Origin: Roseomonas sp.
GTDB lineage: Bacteria; Pseudomonadota; Alphaproteobacteria; Acetobacterales; Acetobacteraceae
Length of the DNA: 64,000 bases
NCBI GenBank assembly: GCA_051007055.1
Contig: JBPCSO010000080.1
Span: 2,702 to 66,701, forward strand
Reading direction: 5' to 3'
The notes beneath the pieces were generated by a model that worked only from the letters and a program-made list of their open reading frames with translations, was not told the origin of the DNA and searched no databases. Below are positions 37,814 through 47,873 of the stretch, piece by piece; the first letter of the stretch is position 1, and each line of letters opens with the position of its first letter. The position numbers and the translations under genes were made by a program.

Positions 37814-38650
37814 ATGAACGATAAAGCCCCTGCCCCCCCAACCGCTGACCCAGCCCTTCAGGCGCTGCGCGCCGAGATAGATGCGCTGGATGATGCGATG
37901 CATGATTTGCTGATGCGCCGCGCCGCCGTGGTGGCGCGCATGGCAGCGAGCCGCGCCAAAACAGGCGCGGGATCGCCCCTTAGGCCTGGGCGCGAAGCGG
38001 CGGTGCTGCGGCGCTTGCTCGGGCGGCATTCCGGCGCGCTTTCACGCGGCGCGGTGGTGCGCATCTGGCGACATATCTTCATGGCCCATACGGCGATCCA
38101 GGGTGGTTTCACCGCCGCTGTCTCGGCGCCCGGTGAAGCCGCACCGGCCATGCCCCTGGCGCGAGAGCATTTCGGTAGCGCAACGCCGCTGCATATCTAC
38201 GCATCCCCAGCGCAGGCGCTGGCGGCGGTCAGCGCGGGCAAGGCATCTGTCGCGGTTCTGCCGGCGCCGGCGGGCGAAGGTGATGGCGCCTGGTGGCAAA
38301 CCCTTGAAGCGCCGCGGCTTGCCGTGGTGGCACGCCTGCCCTTTTTGGCCGATGCCGCGCATGCCGATGCAGCGCTGGTCGTCGCCCCTGTGCCGCCCGA
38401 TGCCTCGGGCGAGGATCGCAGCCTGCTCCGCCTGGAAGCGGGCGCTGATGCCTCACGCGAAAGCTTTGCCCGCCTGCTGACTGAAGCGCGGCTTGCCGGG
38501 CGCATCCTATGCCTGGCGCGCCAAGGCGGGCGCAGCCTGGCGCTTGCCGAAATTGATGGGTTTATCGCCGCAGGTGATGCGCGGCTTGATTCCCTTCGCT
38601 GCGTATCGCTGGGCGCCTATGCCGTGCCAGTTACTGGAGATGTGCCATGA
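37814..38650 (+). CDS. Chorismate mutase (AroQ) with C-terminal extension
   Basis: [16 protein letters not shown] and RE..VLRRL motifs; ATGA-coupled to hisC. Confidence 0.8.
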   Translation: MNDKAPAPPTADPALQALRAEIDALDDAMHDLLMRRAAVVARMAASRAKTGAGSPLRPGREAAVLRRLLGRHSGALSRGAVVRIWRHIFMAHTAIQGGFTAAVSAPGEAAPAMPLAREHFGSATPLHIYASPAQALAAVSAGKASVAVLPAPAGEGDGAWWQTLEAPRLAVVARLPFLADAAHADAALVVAPVPPDASGEDRSLLRLEAGADASRESFARLLTEARLAGRILCLARQGGRSLALAEIDGFIAAGDARLDSLRCVSLGAYAVPVTGDVP

Positions 38651-39738
38651 CCGTGATGCCGCGCCCTTCGATCCTTTCGGTGGAACCTTATGTCGGCGGA
38701 GAATCGAAAATCCCCGGCGTCAATCGCGTGGTGAAGCTTTCATCCAATGAAGGCGCCTTCGGCCCGCCGCCCGGCGCCATCACCGCCATCCAGAACATGG
38801 CCGCCGAAGCGCATCGCTACCCAGATGGTGGCGTGACCGCCCTGCGGGAGGCGATTGGCGCGCGCTTTGGCCTTGATCCCGCGCGGATTGTCTGCGGCAA
38901 TGGTTCTGATGAATTGCTTGCGCTTCTGATCCTTGCCTATGGCGGCGAGGGGACTGAGCTTGTGATGTCTGCCCATGGCTTCATGATGTATGACATTACC
39001 GGCCGTTGGGCCGGCTGCCGCATCATCAAGGTGCCAGAACGCAATCTGACGGTGGATGTGGATGCTATGCTGGCCGCGGTTGGGCCGCGCACCAAGCTGG
39101 TCTGTCTTGCCAATCCGAATAACCCGACCGGTTCGATCCTGCCGCAATCCGAAATTGTGCGCCTGCGCGCGGGGCTCAGGGATGACATTCTGCTGGTGCT
39201 TGATTCTGCCTATGCCGAATATGTGACGCGCCCCGATTATGATGCGGGCGCGGCGCTGGTGGATGCGGGTGGCGGCAATACGGTGATGACGCGCACCTTT
39301 TCCAAGATATTCGGGTTGGGTGGCATGCGGCTTGGCTGGGCCTATGCGCCGGACGCGGTGGTGGGTGTGCTGGCGCGCGTGCGTGGCCCCTTCAATGTGA
39401 ATGCGGCGGCCATGGCGGCAGGCATTGCTGCGGTGCAGGAACCCGGCTGGATCGAAAAATCCATCGCACACAATACCGAATGGCGCGGCAAGTTGGCGGC
39501 GGCGCTGACGGCAGCGGGTGTGAAGGTCTGGCCGAGTGAGGGTAATTTCCTGCTGGCTGATTTCGGCTCACCAGAAAAGGCCAAGGCGGCCGATGCGGCG
39601 TTGAAATCGCGCGGGCTGATCATGCGCGCCATGGGGGGCTATGGGCTGCCGGCGTGCCTGCGCATCAGCATCGGCACCGGTGAGGAATGCCAGATGGTGG
39701 CGGATGCCATTGCTGCCTTCATGGCGCAACATGGCTGA
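38647..39738 (+). CDS. hisC: Histidinol-phosphate aminotransferase
   Basis: KLSSNE, GNGSDE, NPNNPTG, D.AY.EY and TFSK.FGLGG.R.GW motifs. Confidence 0.93.
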   Translation: MTVMPRPSILSVEPYVGGESKIPGVNRVVKLSSNEGAFGPPPGAITAIQNMAAEAHRYPDGGVTALREAIGARFGLDPARIVCGNGSDELLALLILAYGGEGTELVMSAHGFMMYDITGRWAGCRIIKVPERNLTVDVDAMLAAVGPRTKLVCLANPNNPTGSILPQSEIVRLRAGLRDDILLVLDSAYAEYVTRPDYDAGAALVDAGGGNTVMTRTFSKIFGLGGMRLGWAYAPDAVVGVLARVRGPFNVNAAAMAAGIAAVQEPGWIEKSIAHNTEWRGKLAAALTAAGVKVWPSEGNFLLADFGSPEKAKAADAALKSRGLIMRAMGGYGLPACLRISIGTGEECQMVADAIAAFMAQHG

Positions 39739-40618
39739 ACCGTTGTTCAATCGGCTTTGCCTGGTTGGCATTGGGCTGATCGGGTCTTCCATTGCGCGTG
39801 TCGCGCAAAAGCGCGGCGATATTGCGAAGACCATCGTGGTCACCACACGGCGGGCCGAAACACTCGCGCGCGTGCGTGAATTGGGCCTGGCGGATGTGGT
39901 GGAACCCGATGCCGCGCGCGCCGTTGAAGGCTGCGATGGTGTGATTTTCTGCATTCCTGTTGGTGCCTATCCCGATGCCATGCGCCATATCGCAGCACAT
40001 CTGGCACCGGGCGCGGTGCTGACCGATGTTGGCTCCACCAAGGGCAGCGTGGTGCGTGATCTGTCACCGCTGCTGCCAGCCGGCGTGCATCTGGTGCCAG
40101 CGCATCCCATGGCAGGGACCGAGCATTCCGGCCCCGATGCGGGTTTTCCTGAATTGTTTGAAGGCCGCTATTGCATCGTCACCCCCCTGCCCGACAGCGA
40201 TCCGGCAGCGGTTGAGAAAGTGAGAGAACTGTGGCGGCGTTGCGGTTCCATGATCGAGACCATGGACCCCATCACGCATGACAAGGTTGTCGCCATTGTC
40301 AGCCACCTGCCGCATCTGATTGCCTTCACCATTTGCGGCACGGCGGATGATCTGGCGGAAGAAACCAAGGAAGCGGTGCTGAAATTCGCGGCATCTGGCT
40401 TTCGGGATTTCACGCGCATCGCGGCTTCCGATGTTGATATGTGGCGCGATGTTTTCCTGAATAATCGCGAAGCAGTGCTTGAGATGCTGTCGCGCTTTTC
40501 AGAGGATGCGCATGCCTTTGGCCGCGCCATTCGCCGGGGAGAGGCGGGCTTCATTGAAGACCGGATCAAGCGCGGGCGAAAGATCAGGCGGAGTCTGATT
40601 GAACGGAAGCAGGCGTAA
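39731..40618 (+). CDS. tyrC: Prephenate/arogenate (cyclohexadienyl) dehydrogenase
   Basis: [32 protein letters not shown] and [12 protein letters not shown] motifs. Confidence 0.9.
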   Translation: MAEPLFNRLCLVGIGLIGSSIARVAQKRGDIAKTIVVTTRRAETLARVRELGLADVVEPDAARAVEGCDGVIFCIPVGAYPDAMRHIAAHLAPGAVLTDVGSTKGSVVRDLSPLLPAGVHLVPAHPMAGTEHSGPDAGFPELFEGRYCIVTPLPDSDPAAVEKVRELWRRCGSMIETMDPITHDKVVAIVSHLPHLIAFTICGTADDLAEETKEAVLKFAASGFRDFTRIAASDVDMWRDVFLNNREAVLEMLSRFSEDAHAFGRAIRRGEAGFIEDRIKRGRKIRRSLIERKQA

Positions 40619-40759
40619 GCGTGGCGGCGCCAAGCGAAATTGCTTGACTTGCCGGGAATGGCGCCTGGATAGTGTTGTCCTGGAATTAATGTTGTTCTGC
40701 CATCGTGGAGAAGCGCTGGAGACATTTTCCGTGAATTGCTGATCCGGGAGAAGATCGTG

Positions 40760-41770
40760 ATGCCTGCGATACGTCCAAGCTGGCGCAATCTGGCTGCGGT
40801 TTTTGCTACCACCGCATTCCTCGCCACACCCCACTCAGCCTCAGCTCAGCCGAGCCCCGATACGATCGTTGATGCGTTTGAGGCGGTGCTGGGGCCGGTG
40901 CGCACCCATCGCCCAAGCCACCCGAAGGGCGTTTGTGCGTCTGGGTATTTTGTCGCAACCGATGAAGGCCGAAGGCTTTCTGTGGCGCCAGTCTTCAGTG
41001 GCCAACGCAATACGGCTCTGATCCGTTTTGGTGTTGCCGGGGCTAATCCCAACGCATCAGACACCGCGCGCGGCACGCGGGGCCTTTCCATCCGCTTCGA
41101 AGCGCCTTCGGGCGAATTGTTTGAAATGGCAAATATCTCCGTGCCGGTTTTCGGCTCACCCACGCCGCAAGCCCTGGTGGATGGGTTGCTATCGCGCGCC
41201 AATGACCCGGCGACAGGCCGGCCCAATCCGGAACGTGCCGCCGCCTATGCCGCCTTCGTCGCGGCCAATCCTTCTGTCGGCAATCAGGCCCGCTACCTTG
41301 CCGCCAATGCGCCGCCGGCAAGCTTCGCCTCCACACCCTATTGGGGGGTGAATACTTTCATGTTCCGTGGGCAGGATGGGCAGGTGCGCCCGGCACGCTG
41401 GGTGTTTGAACCGCGCGCGGGGGTGGAACGCCTGACAGCGGAGCAAATACAAAGCGCGGGCAACAATTTTCTGGCTGATGAGTTGCGTCGGCGTGTCGCC
41501 ACCGCGCCTGTGGAATTCGACATGGTGCTACAATTCCCGGGGCAGGGCGATGATTTGCTGAACGCGACCATCGCCTGGCCGGATGATCGGCCGCGCGCCA
41601 TTGTGGGCAGGCTGACCATCACTGAAGTTTCCGCGGACCCCGGTGGGCCCTGTGATCCGATCAGCTTCATGATCCTGGATCAGGCACCGGGGATTGAAAT
41701 GAGCGATGATCCGGTCTTGCAGGCACGCGCTGCTGCCTATGCCGTTTCGCACTCGCGGCGGACACAGTAG
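40760..41770 (+). CDS. Secreted catalase-related heme peroxidase (SrpA-like)
   Basis: Signal peptide, RPSHPKG (distal His), SDDPVLQAR..AY..S (proximal Tyr); no NADPH domain. Confidence 0.85.
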   Translation: MPAIRPSWRNLAAVFATTAFLATPHSASAQPSPDTIVDAFEAVLGPVRTHRPSHPKGVCASGYFVATDEGRRLSVAPVFSGQRNTALIRFGVAGANPNASDTARGTRGLSIRFEAPSGELFEMANISVPVFGSPTPQALVDGLLSRANDPATGRPNPERAAAYAAFVAANPSVGNQARYLAANAPPASFASTPYWGVNTFMFRGQDGQVRPARWVFEPRAGVERLTAEQIQSAGNNFLADELRRRVATAPVEFDMVLQFPGQGDDLLNATIAWPDDRPRAIVGRLTITEVSADPGGPCDPISFMILDQAPGIEMSDDPVLQARAAAYAVSHSRRTQ

Positions 41771-41795
41771 GGCGCATTGCGCGAAGGGCTGAGAT

Positions 41796-41843
41796 TTAAC
41801 CAAGATCAGCCTTCAGCACTTCCCCTGCCAGATAGAGGCTGCC
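41796..41843 (-). pseudogene. Displaced duplicate of the folC 3' end (GSLYLAGEVLKADLG*), attachment-site-like
   Basis: 41811-41843 matches 42406-42438 at 27/33 nt. All 6 differences are synonymous and the 11-aa peptide is identical. Confidence 0.85.
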
Positions 41844-42390
41844 AAGCCCGAAGCCTCCTGAAGTCCGCGTCAAACGCGGTCACTGTCAGGGGAATATCGT
41901 AGTTATTCAGCTTTAGAATATGAAAACGGTTGCGCAGTTCAGCGAAGATTAAAATTTACACGCCAGAAAATTTCTCATATCTTTCGTATATGGAATACTT
42001 TTCAAACGTCTGGCCATATTTTTCTGTGCTTTTCGGCTTCGGTCTGGGCTTCTATTCCGCTCCAAAAATTAGAAGGGCAGATCGACACTATACAAATGCA
42101 GCATCCAGACTGGACGTTTTCTCAAGTTATTAGGTCCGAAGCCGGTCGCGAAGCAATGTTTCAATGGTTATTGGCGCACCAGTGGACGGCATTCCGCTTA
42201 GAGTCTCTTCGTCAGGCGAAAGCGGGAGCAAAGGGATTAACGTTGAGCAACTATGCAGAATTAGTCGAGAAAAATGTAGCCCCCGAAGCTATGGGCGTTA
42301 TACTAAATCGGTTCATAGACCAAATGGAACCTTGGCTCGAAAAAAGACTCTCTTGAATACTCATCGCCCTAAAAAGTGGCCAAACCTAAT
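41844..42390. mobile_element. Low-GC islet (about 44% GC by hand count over 41881-42360) inserted at the folC 3' end; no integrase
   Basis: Sharp GC drop between the two folC-end direct repeats; contains one long stop-free frame. Confidence 0.65.
41862..42356 (+). pseudogene. Islet cargo: 164-codon stop-free frame, probably a 5'-truncated gene (first ATG at 42096)
   Basis: Manual reading: the frame of the 42096..42356 ORF stays open back to a TGA at 41859-41861. No recognisable motif. Confidence 0.4.
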
Positions 42391-43662
42391 TCACGCAGCG
42401 TCTACCTTCAATACTTCCCCCGCCAGATAAAGACTTCCCGCAATCAGCACCCGGCCTGGCTTGGCCTTTGCCGCGATTTTGCCAAGTGCTTCCGCAATTG
42501 TGGGGCCGGGTTCGGCGATACCGCCGCTCGCCGTGATGATGTCTTCAACACTCATCGCCAGATGCTGGCCGGGTTCGGCGACGGCGTGGATGCTGGTGGC
42601 GAAGGGCAGCAAGGGGCGGAGGAATTCGGCGCTCGCCTTGCCTTGCTTCATGCCGATGACAAGATGCAATGATTGATCGCGCCATTGCTTGAAATGCTGG
42701 GCCAGCGCCTGCCCTGCCCCGGCATTATGCCCACCATCGAGCCAGAGCGAAAAGCCCGCCGGTAACATCGCAGAAAGCCCGCCCGAAAGGCGCTGCAAGC
42801 GCGCGGGCCAAGATGCCTTGGCAATGCCCTCAGCAATCGCGGCATCACTCAGCCAAGGCAGGCCAGCAGCGCGCATGGCAGTAATGGCAATGCCGGCGTT
42901 ATCCGCCTGATGCGGCCCAATGAGCCCCGGTGGCGGGAGGCTCAGCGCGCCTCTCGCATCGCGGTAATGCAGACCCTCTGGCGTGGCCTCACAAAACCAA
43001 TCCTGCGCGCGGCGCAGCAGCGGTGCGGCGCGTTCGGCTGCCGTGGCACTGATCACGTCCAGCGCTTCCGGCGCCTGTGCACCCGTGGCGCAAGGCACAC
43101 CCGCGCGCATGATGCCGGCTTTCTCACCCGCGATCTTGCCGAGCGTATCGCCCAGAAAATCCATATGATCCATGGAAATGGAAGTAATGGCGCATGCCGC
43201 CGGGTGCGGCACGACATTGGTTGCATCCAGCCGCCCGCCCAGGCCCACTTCCAGAACCAGCAAATCAGCCGGCACGCGGCTGAACAGCACAAAGGCGGCA
43301 GCCGTCGTCACTTCAAACACCGTAATTGGCGCGCCTTCATTCACCGCTTCCACTTCTTCCAGCGTCGCGGTCAGCGCCTCATCCGTCACGTAATCGCCCG
43401 CAAGCCGGATGCGTTCATGAAAGCGCACCAGATGGGGTGACGTATAAACATGCACGCGCTGCCCCGCCGCTTCACCGATGGCGCGCAGAAAGGCGCAGGT
43501 GGAACCCTTGCCATTGGTGCCCGCCACATGGATCACGGGCGGCAGGCGCCGTTCCGGATGGCCGAGCTTGGCGAGCAAAGCCTCCATCCGGCCCAGGCTC
43601 AGATCAATAAGCTTGGGGTGGAGCGCATGGAGACGCTCCACAATCGCTTCAGCGCGGGACAA
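42391..43662 (-). CDS. folC: Folylpolyglutamate synthase/dihydrofolate synthase
   Basis: HVAGTNGKGS, YTSPHL.RF.ERI, LEVGLGGRLDATN, WPARLQ, DGGHN and GSLYLAGE motifs; TTG start. Confidence 0.96.
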   Translation of the reverse strand: MSRAEAIVERLHALHPKLIDLSLGRMEALLAKLGHPERRLPPVIHVAGTNGKGSTCAFLRAIGEAAGQRVHVYTSPHLVRFHERIRLAGDYVTDEALTATLEEVEAVNEGAPITVFEVTTAAAFVLFSRVPADLLVLEVGLGGRLDATNVVPHPAACAITSISMDHMDFLGDTLGKIAGEKAGIMRAGVPCATGAQAPEALDVISATAAERAAPLLRRAQDWFCEATPEGLHYRDARGALSLPPPGLIGPHQADNAGIAITAMRAAGLPWLSDAAIAEGIAKASWPARLQRLSGGLSAMLPAGFSLWLDGGHNAGAGQALAQHFKQWRDQSLHLVIGMKQGKASAEFLRPLLPFATSIHAVAEPGQHLAMSVEDIITASGGIAEPGPTIAEALGKIAAKAKPGRVLIAGSLYLAGEVLKVDAA

Positions 43663-43667
43663 GGGAG

Positions 43668-44561
43668 TTATTCGGCAGGTGCGGTGGCGGCTTCCGCTTC
43701 TTCATCACTGCGTTCAAGCAGCGGCTGACGCAGCAACGAAATCACGCGTGCCAGTGTTTCGCGCATCTCTCCACGCTTCACCACCATGTCCAGAATGCCG
43801 TGTTCCAGCAGGTATTCCGCCCGCTGGAAGCCTTCCGGCAATTTTTCGCGCACGGTTTGTTCAATCACCCGCGCGCCGGCGAACCCGATCATCGCACCTG
43901 GCTCGGCGATTTGAATATCGCCCAGCATGGCGAAGCTGGCGGTCACACCGCCCGTGGTCGGGTCACACAGCACGGTGATGAAGGGCAGGCCCGCTTCCTT
44001 CACCATGCGCGTTGCGATCACCGTGCGCGGCATTTGCATCAGGCTGACCGCACCTTCCTGCATGCGCGCCCCGCCCGAGGCCGTGAAGACAATCAGCGGT
44101 GCATCCTGCAGCACGGCAAGCTTGGCGGCGGTGACAATCGCCTCACCCACGCCAGCACCCATGGACCCGCCCATGAAGGCGAATTCAAAGGCGGCAACAA
44201 CCGCGCGTTGGCCATTGATGGTGCCATGCGCCACGGCCACGGCATCATCCATGCTGGTCTTGGTTTGGCTTTCGCGCAGCCGGTCCGCATAGCGGCGCTG
44301 ATCACGAAAGCGCAGCGGATCAGCGGGCGCCTTGGGCAATTCAATGCGGGAAAAGCCCGCATCCAAAGTGGCTTCCAACCGCTGCGCGGCACCGAGGCGC
44401 ATGTGATGCCCGCAATGGGAGCATACGCGCAGCGCCCGTTCCAGATCCCGATGAAAGATCATCTGCTGGCAGGAAGGGCAATTGTGCCAGAGGTTTTCCG
44501 GCGCTTCCCGCTTGAACAGACCCTGGATCTTCGGCAGGGCCCAATCGCTGATCCAGTTCAT
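43668..44561 (-). CDS. accD: Acetyl-CoA carboxylase carboxyltransferase beta subunit
   Basis: Zn finger CPSC..CSHC, FMGGSMG, SGGARMQEG and PTTGGVTASFAMLGD motifs. Confidence 0.97.
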   Translation of the reverse strand: MNWISDWALPKIQGLFKREAPENLWHNCPSCQQMIFHRDLERALRVCSHCGHHMRLGAAQRLEATLDAGFSRIELPKAPADPLRFRDQRRYADRLRESQTKTSMDDAVAVAHGTINGQRAVVAAFEFAFMGGSMGAGVGEAIVTAAKLAVLQDAPLIVFTASGGARMQEGAVSLMQMPRTVIATRMVKEAGLPFITVLCDPTTGGVTASFAMLGDIQIAEPGAMIGFAGARVIEQTVREKLPEGFQRAEYLLEHGILDMVVKRGEMRETLARVISLLRQPLLERSDEEAEAATAPAE

Positions 44562-44653
44562 GGCATATCCTTAAACTTGCGCGCACCGGGCGCCTTACGG
44601 GGGGGGAATAGCGCAGATGGGTGGCTTGGGGAAAGCCAGCGCCGGTCCTGGCG

Positions 44654-44821
44654 CTATTCCCCTGGCTTTTCCGGGGTGTCTGGCTTGGGGGGCGCTTCCG
44701 CCGCATCGCGCGCCCGGGCCTGAGCCTTGCGCCGGCGGAGATTCTCCCGGAGTGCCGCGGCCAGCCTTTCCTCCCGCAGGGTGGGGGCCGATTTGGGAGG
44801 GGTTTTGCTTTCCTTTTCCAT
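44654..44821 (-). CDS. 55-aa basic small protein (below the ORF-track cutoff)
   Basis: Manual translation: MEKESKTPPKSAPTLREERLAAALRENLRRRKAQARARDAAEAPPKPDTPEKPGE*. The RLAAALRENLRRRKAQAR core resembles, from memory, small hypothetical alphaproteobacterial proteins found near tRNA-Thr. Confidence 0.7.
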   Translation of the reverse strand: MEKESKTPPKSAPTLREERLAAALRENLRRRKAQARARDAAEAPPKPDTPEKPGE

Positions 44822-44914
44822 GCGGGCGTGAAGTGGCAGGGCCAGCGCCCAGCATCAAGGGGTTGCGGGAAGCCCCAGGCTGGGGCTAGAGGATGCCCGT
44901 CCGCCAGGGCCTTG

Positions 44915-44989
<75 letters not shown>

Positions 44990-45023
44990 CCCGCGCCTGC
45001 GACGCGCTGTATTCGGGCGTTGA

Positions 45024-46097
45024 TCACCCACCAGCCGCCTCCGCCTTCCCGCGGAACAAATCAAAAAATCCCGTCACCACATCGGCAATGCTGCGTCCGC
45101 GCCCGGTATCTATCGAAACCGTCGCGGTCACGCCGGCGCGCAAGGGGGGCTCGCCCGCATGGGGTTCAAGGCCGATGCGCACCGGCAGGCGCTGCACCAC
45201 CTTCACCCAATTGCCTGAGGCATTTTGCGGCGGCAGGATCGCGAATTCCGCCCCTGTTGCCGGGCTGATGCTTTCCACCACGCCCTTCCAGGTCACTTTC
45301 GGGTAGATATCCAGCACCACATCCACGCGCTGGCCAATGGCCACATGGGTCAGGGTGGTTTCCTTCAAATTTGCATCCACCCAGGGGCGGCGATCCGAAA
45401 CCAAGGCAAAAATCGGGGTCGCGGCGCGCAATTGCTCACCCACTTGCAGGCGCAGATTCACCACGGTGCCGCTTGTCGGCGCCTTGATTTCCGTGCGCGC
45501 CAGATCAAGCGCGGCGCGGTCGCGTTCGGCGATTTTCTCGCGCACTTGTGGGTGTTCATCCACCGGCAAATCGGCGTCACCCTTCAGCGTGGTCAGCAGG
45601 CGCACAAGTCTTTGGCGCAGCACATTCATCCGGTCCTGCGCCACCTGCGCATCAACCTGGGTTTCTTCCATGCGCGCTGTGGGGGCTATGCCGCGGCTTG
45701 CCAATTCTTCCTGCCGGCGGGCCTGACGCAGAAGGAAAGCAACGCGCTTTTCAAGCTCAGCCATTTCGCCCTGGGTTTCTTGATAGGTGGCGCGGGCAAG
45801 TTCCACCTGTGTGCGCGCGGCGTCCAATTCAGCTTCCGCCTTTTCTAGCGCCAGGCGGAAGGGGGTGGGGTCCAGGCGCAGCAGCACCGCGCCGGCGGCG
45901 ACATGCGCATGGTCGCGCACCAATACTTCTGTCACGCGGCCGGCGACTTCCGGGGCAATCTGCACGATGTCGGCGCGGACATAGGCGTTTTCGGTGGTGA
46001 TGTAGCGCCCGCCGGTCAGCCAAAAAGCGCCTGCCACCAGCAGTGCCAGGGCGGGCACCCCCACCAGTAGCACAAGGCGCAGAAGCCCGCCCCGCAT
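45024..46097 (-). CDS. HlyD/EmrA family membrane fusion protein
   Basis: TENAYV..D...IAPEV.G, lipoyl-like and coiled-coil regions, FAILPPQNASGNWVKVVQR.PVRI. Start is uncertain (46097 or 46208). Confidence 0.92.
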   Translation of the reverse strand: MRGGLLRLVLLVGVPALALLVAGAFWLTGGRYITTENAYVRADIVQIAPEVAGRVTEVLVRDHAHVAAGAVLLRLDPTPFRLALEKAEAELDAARTQVELARATYQETQGEMAELEKRVAFLLRQARRQEELASRGIAPTARMEETQVDAQVAQDRMNVLRQRLVRLLTTLKGDADLPVDEHPQVREKIAERDRAALDLARTEIKAPTSGTVVNLRLQVGEQLRAATPIFALVSDRRPWVDANLKETTLTHVAIGQRVDVVLDIYPKVTWKGVVESISPATGAEFAILPPQNASGNWVKVVQRLPVRIGLEPHAGEPPLRAGVTATVSIDTGRGRSIADVVTGFFDLFRGKAEAAGG

Positions 46098-46280
46098 GGT
46101 CAGTGGCTCTGGAACAGTTTGGCGCGGCGCGAGAAAGGCTCGCCACCAGCGCCAAGACTTGGCAGTATTCGTTTCCTCATCATAGTCAGCTTGGCAGGAA
46201 AATGCCATGTCCGCCATAGGCTTGCGAGTGAATTCTTGGCGAAAACCGGCACCATCAGGCCAGCTTCGGTGGGGTCTTTA

Positions 46281-47795
46281 ATGTCGGAAACCAACCCGAT
46301 CCTGGAATTGTCGCTCACGCGGCGCTGCCTGATTCTGGCGGCGGTGGTCATGGGTGCTACACTTTACGCCACCACGCTGCTGGTTGCTTCCACCCTGCTG
46401 CCGCAGATGCAGGGAAGCCTGGCCGCGACGGCGGATGAAATCGCCTGGACCACCACCTTCAATATTCTGGCGACCGCGATTGTCACACCCATGACAGGCT
46501 GGCTGGTTGCGCGTTCTGGGCGGCGGCAGGTGATGCTGTTCTGCGTGGTGGGCTTCACCATTGCAACCTATCTGGTCGGGCAGGCGGAATCGCTCGAAAC
46601 CGTGGTGCTCTGGCGCATTGTGCAGGGCGGCATTGGCGCGCCAGTCATTCCTTTGGCGAATGCGATTGTGCTGGATGGTTTCCCGCGCAAACAGGCGGGG
46701 TTGGTGAGCTCCATCTTCGGCATGACAGTGGTATTGGGCCCAGTGATTGGTCCCGTATTCGGCGGACAATTGGCTGAGGCTTATGGGTGGCGTTGGGCCT
46801 TTTACATGATTGTGCCGGCGGGCGTGGTCGCAAGCTTCGCACTTTGGGCGACGCTACCAAAGGATGAGCCAGGCAAGCCCATACCGCTTGATTGGACTGG
46901 CTTTCTGGCCCTGACGGTCGCGATTTCCTGCGTGCAATTGGTGCTATCACGCGGGCAGCGGCTTGATTGGTATGAATCGAACGAGATCATCCTTGAAACC
47001 GCGATTGCCGGCTTGGCCTTCTACATCTTCATCGCCCATAGCCTGACCGCCAAGCAGCCCTTTTTGAATCTGCGGCTGTTGCTGGACCGCAACTACGCCA
47101 TCGGGCTTTTGCTGGTGTTCATCTATGGCATGGTGAATTTCACGCCGATTGTGCTGTTGCCATCGCTGCTACAGCAATATGCCGGTTATCCCGATAGCGT
47201 GATTGGTGAAATCGTGGGCTTTCGCGGCATTGGCGGCACCATCGGCTTTGCGCTGACCTTCCTGATCGGGCGCTGGGATCCGCGCATTGGCATGGCGATT
47301 GGCTTTGCCGCCATGGTGGCGGCCGGGCTTTGGCTGATGCAATTCGACTTGAATGTCAGTGAGGAAGCGCTGCTGTGGAACGCCATGCTGCAAGGGGTTT
47401 CGGTTGGCATCATTTGGGTGCCGCTGACGGTGCTGACCTTCAAGACGCTGGATCGGGGGCATTTGCCCGAAGCCATGGCGATGTTTCATCTGCTGCGCAA
47501 TATCGGGTCCAGCCTGTTCATTTCGTTGAGTGTGGCTGAGATCATCCGGTCGGGCGCCATGAATTACAGCCGCATGACGGAAATGATCTCCCCCTTCAAT
47601 CGGACGCTTTATCTGCCGGGCTCCATGGGCGGGTTTGGCATGGAAACCGTGCCGGAATTGGCCAAGCTGAGTGGGGAAATCACGCGCCAGGCGGCGATGA
47701 TCGGCTATGTGAATGGCTTTGGGCTGTTCACGGCGGCTTCGGCGGTGGCGATTGTGCTGGTGCTTTTGGCCGGTGGGCGGGGGCGCAGCGCCTGA
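46281..47795 (+). CDS. DHA2 (EmrB/QacA) family MFS efflux transporter
   Basis: About 14 TMs; W..T.F..A.AI..PMTGWL, GP..GPV.GG.L and F.L.RNIGSS motifs. Confidence 0.88.
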   Translation: MSETNPILELSLTRRCLILAAVVMGATLYATTLLVASTLLPQMQGSLAATADEIAWTTTFNILATAIVTPMTGWLVARSGRRQVMLFCVVGFTIATYLVGQAESLETVVLWRIVQGGIGAPVIPLANAIVLDGFPRKQAGLVSSIFGMTVVLGPVIGPVFGGQLAEAYGWRWAFYMIVPAGVVASFALWATLPKDEPGKPIPLDWTGFLALTVAISCVQLVLSRGQRLDWYESNEIILETAIAGLAFYIFIAHSLTAKQPFLNLRLLLDRNYAIGLLLVFIYGMVNFTPIVLLPSLLQQYAGYPDSVIGEIVGFRGIGGTIGFALTFLIGRWDPRIGMAIGFAAMVAAGLWLMQFDLNVSEEALLWNAMLQGVSVGIIWVPLTVLTFKTLDRGHLPEAMAMFHLLRNIGSSLFISLSVAEIIRSGAMNYSRMTEMISPFNRTLYLPGSMGGFGMETVPELAKLSGEITRQAAMIGYVNGFGLFTAASAVAIVLVLLAGGRGRSA

Positions 47796-47873
47796 GGTCC
47801 TTCAGCTTGTGGCAAGCAATCTGGTTTATGGCGTAAGAATAGTCCTCTTACCCGGTCAGGCAGGGCAAAATTG

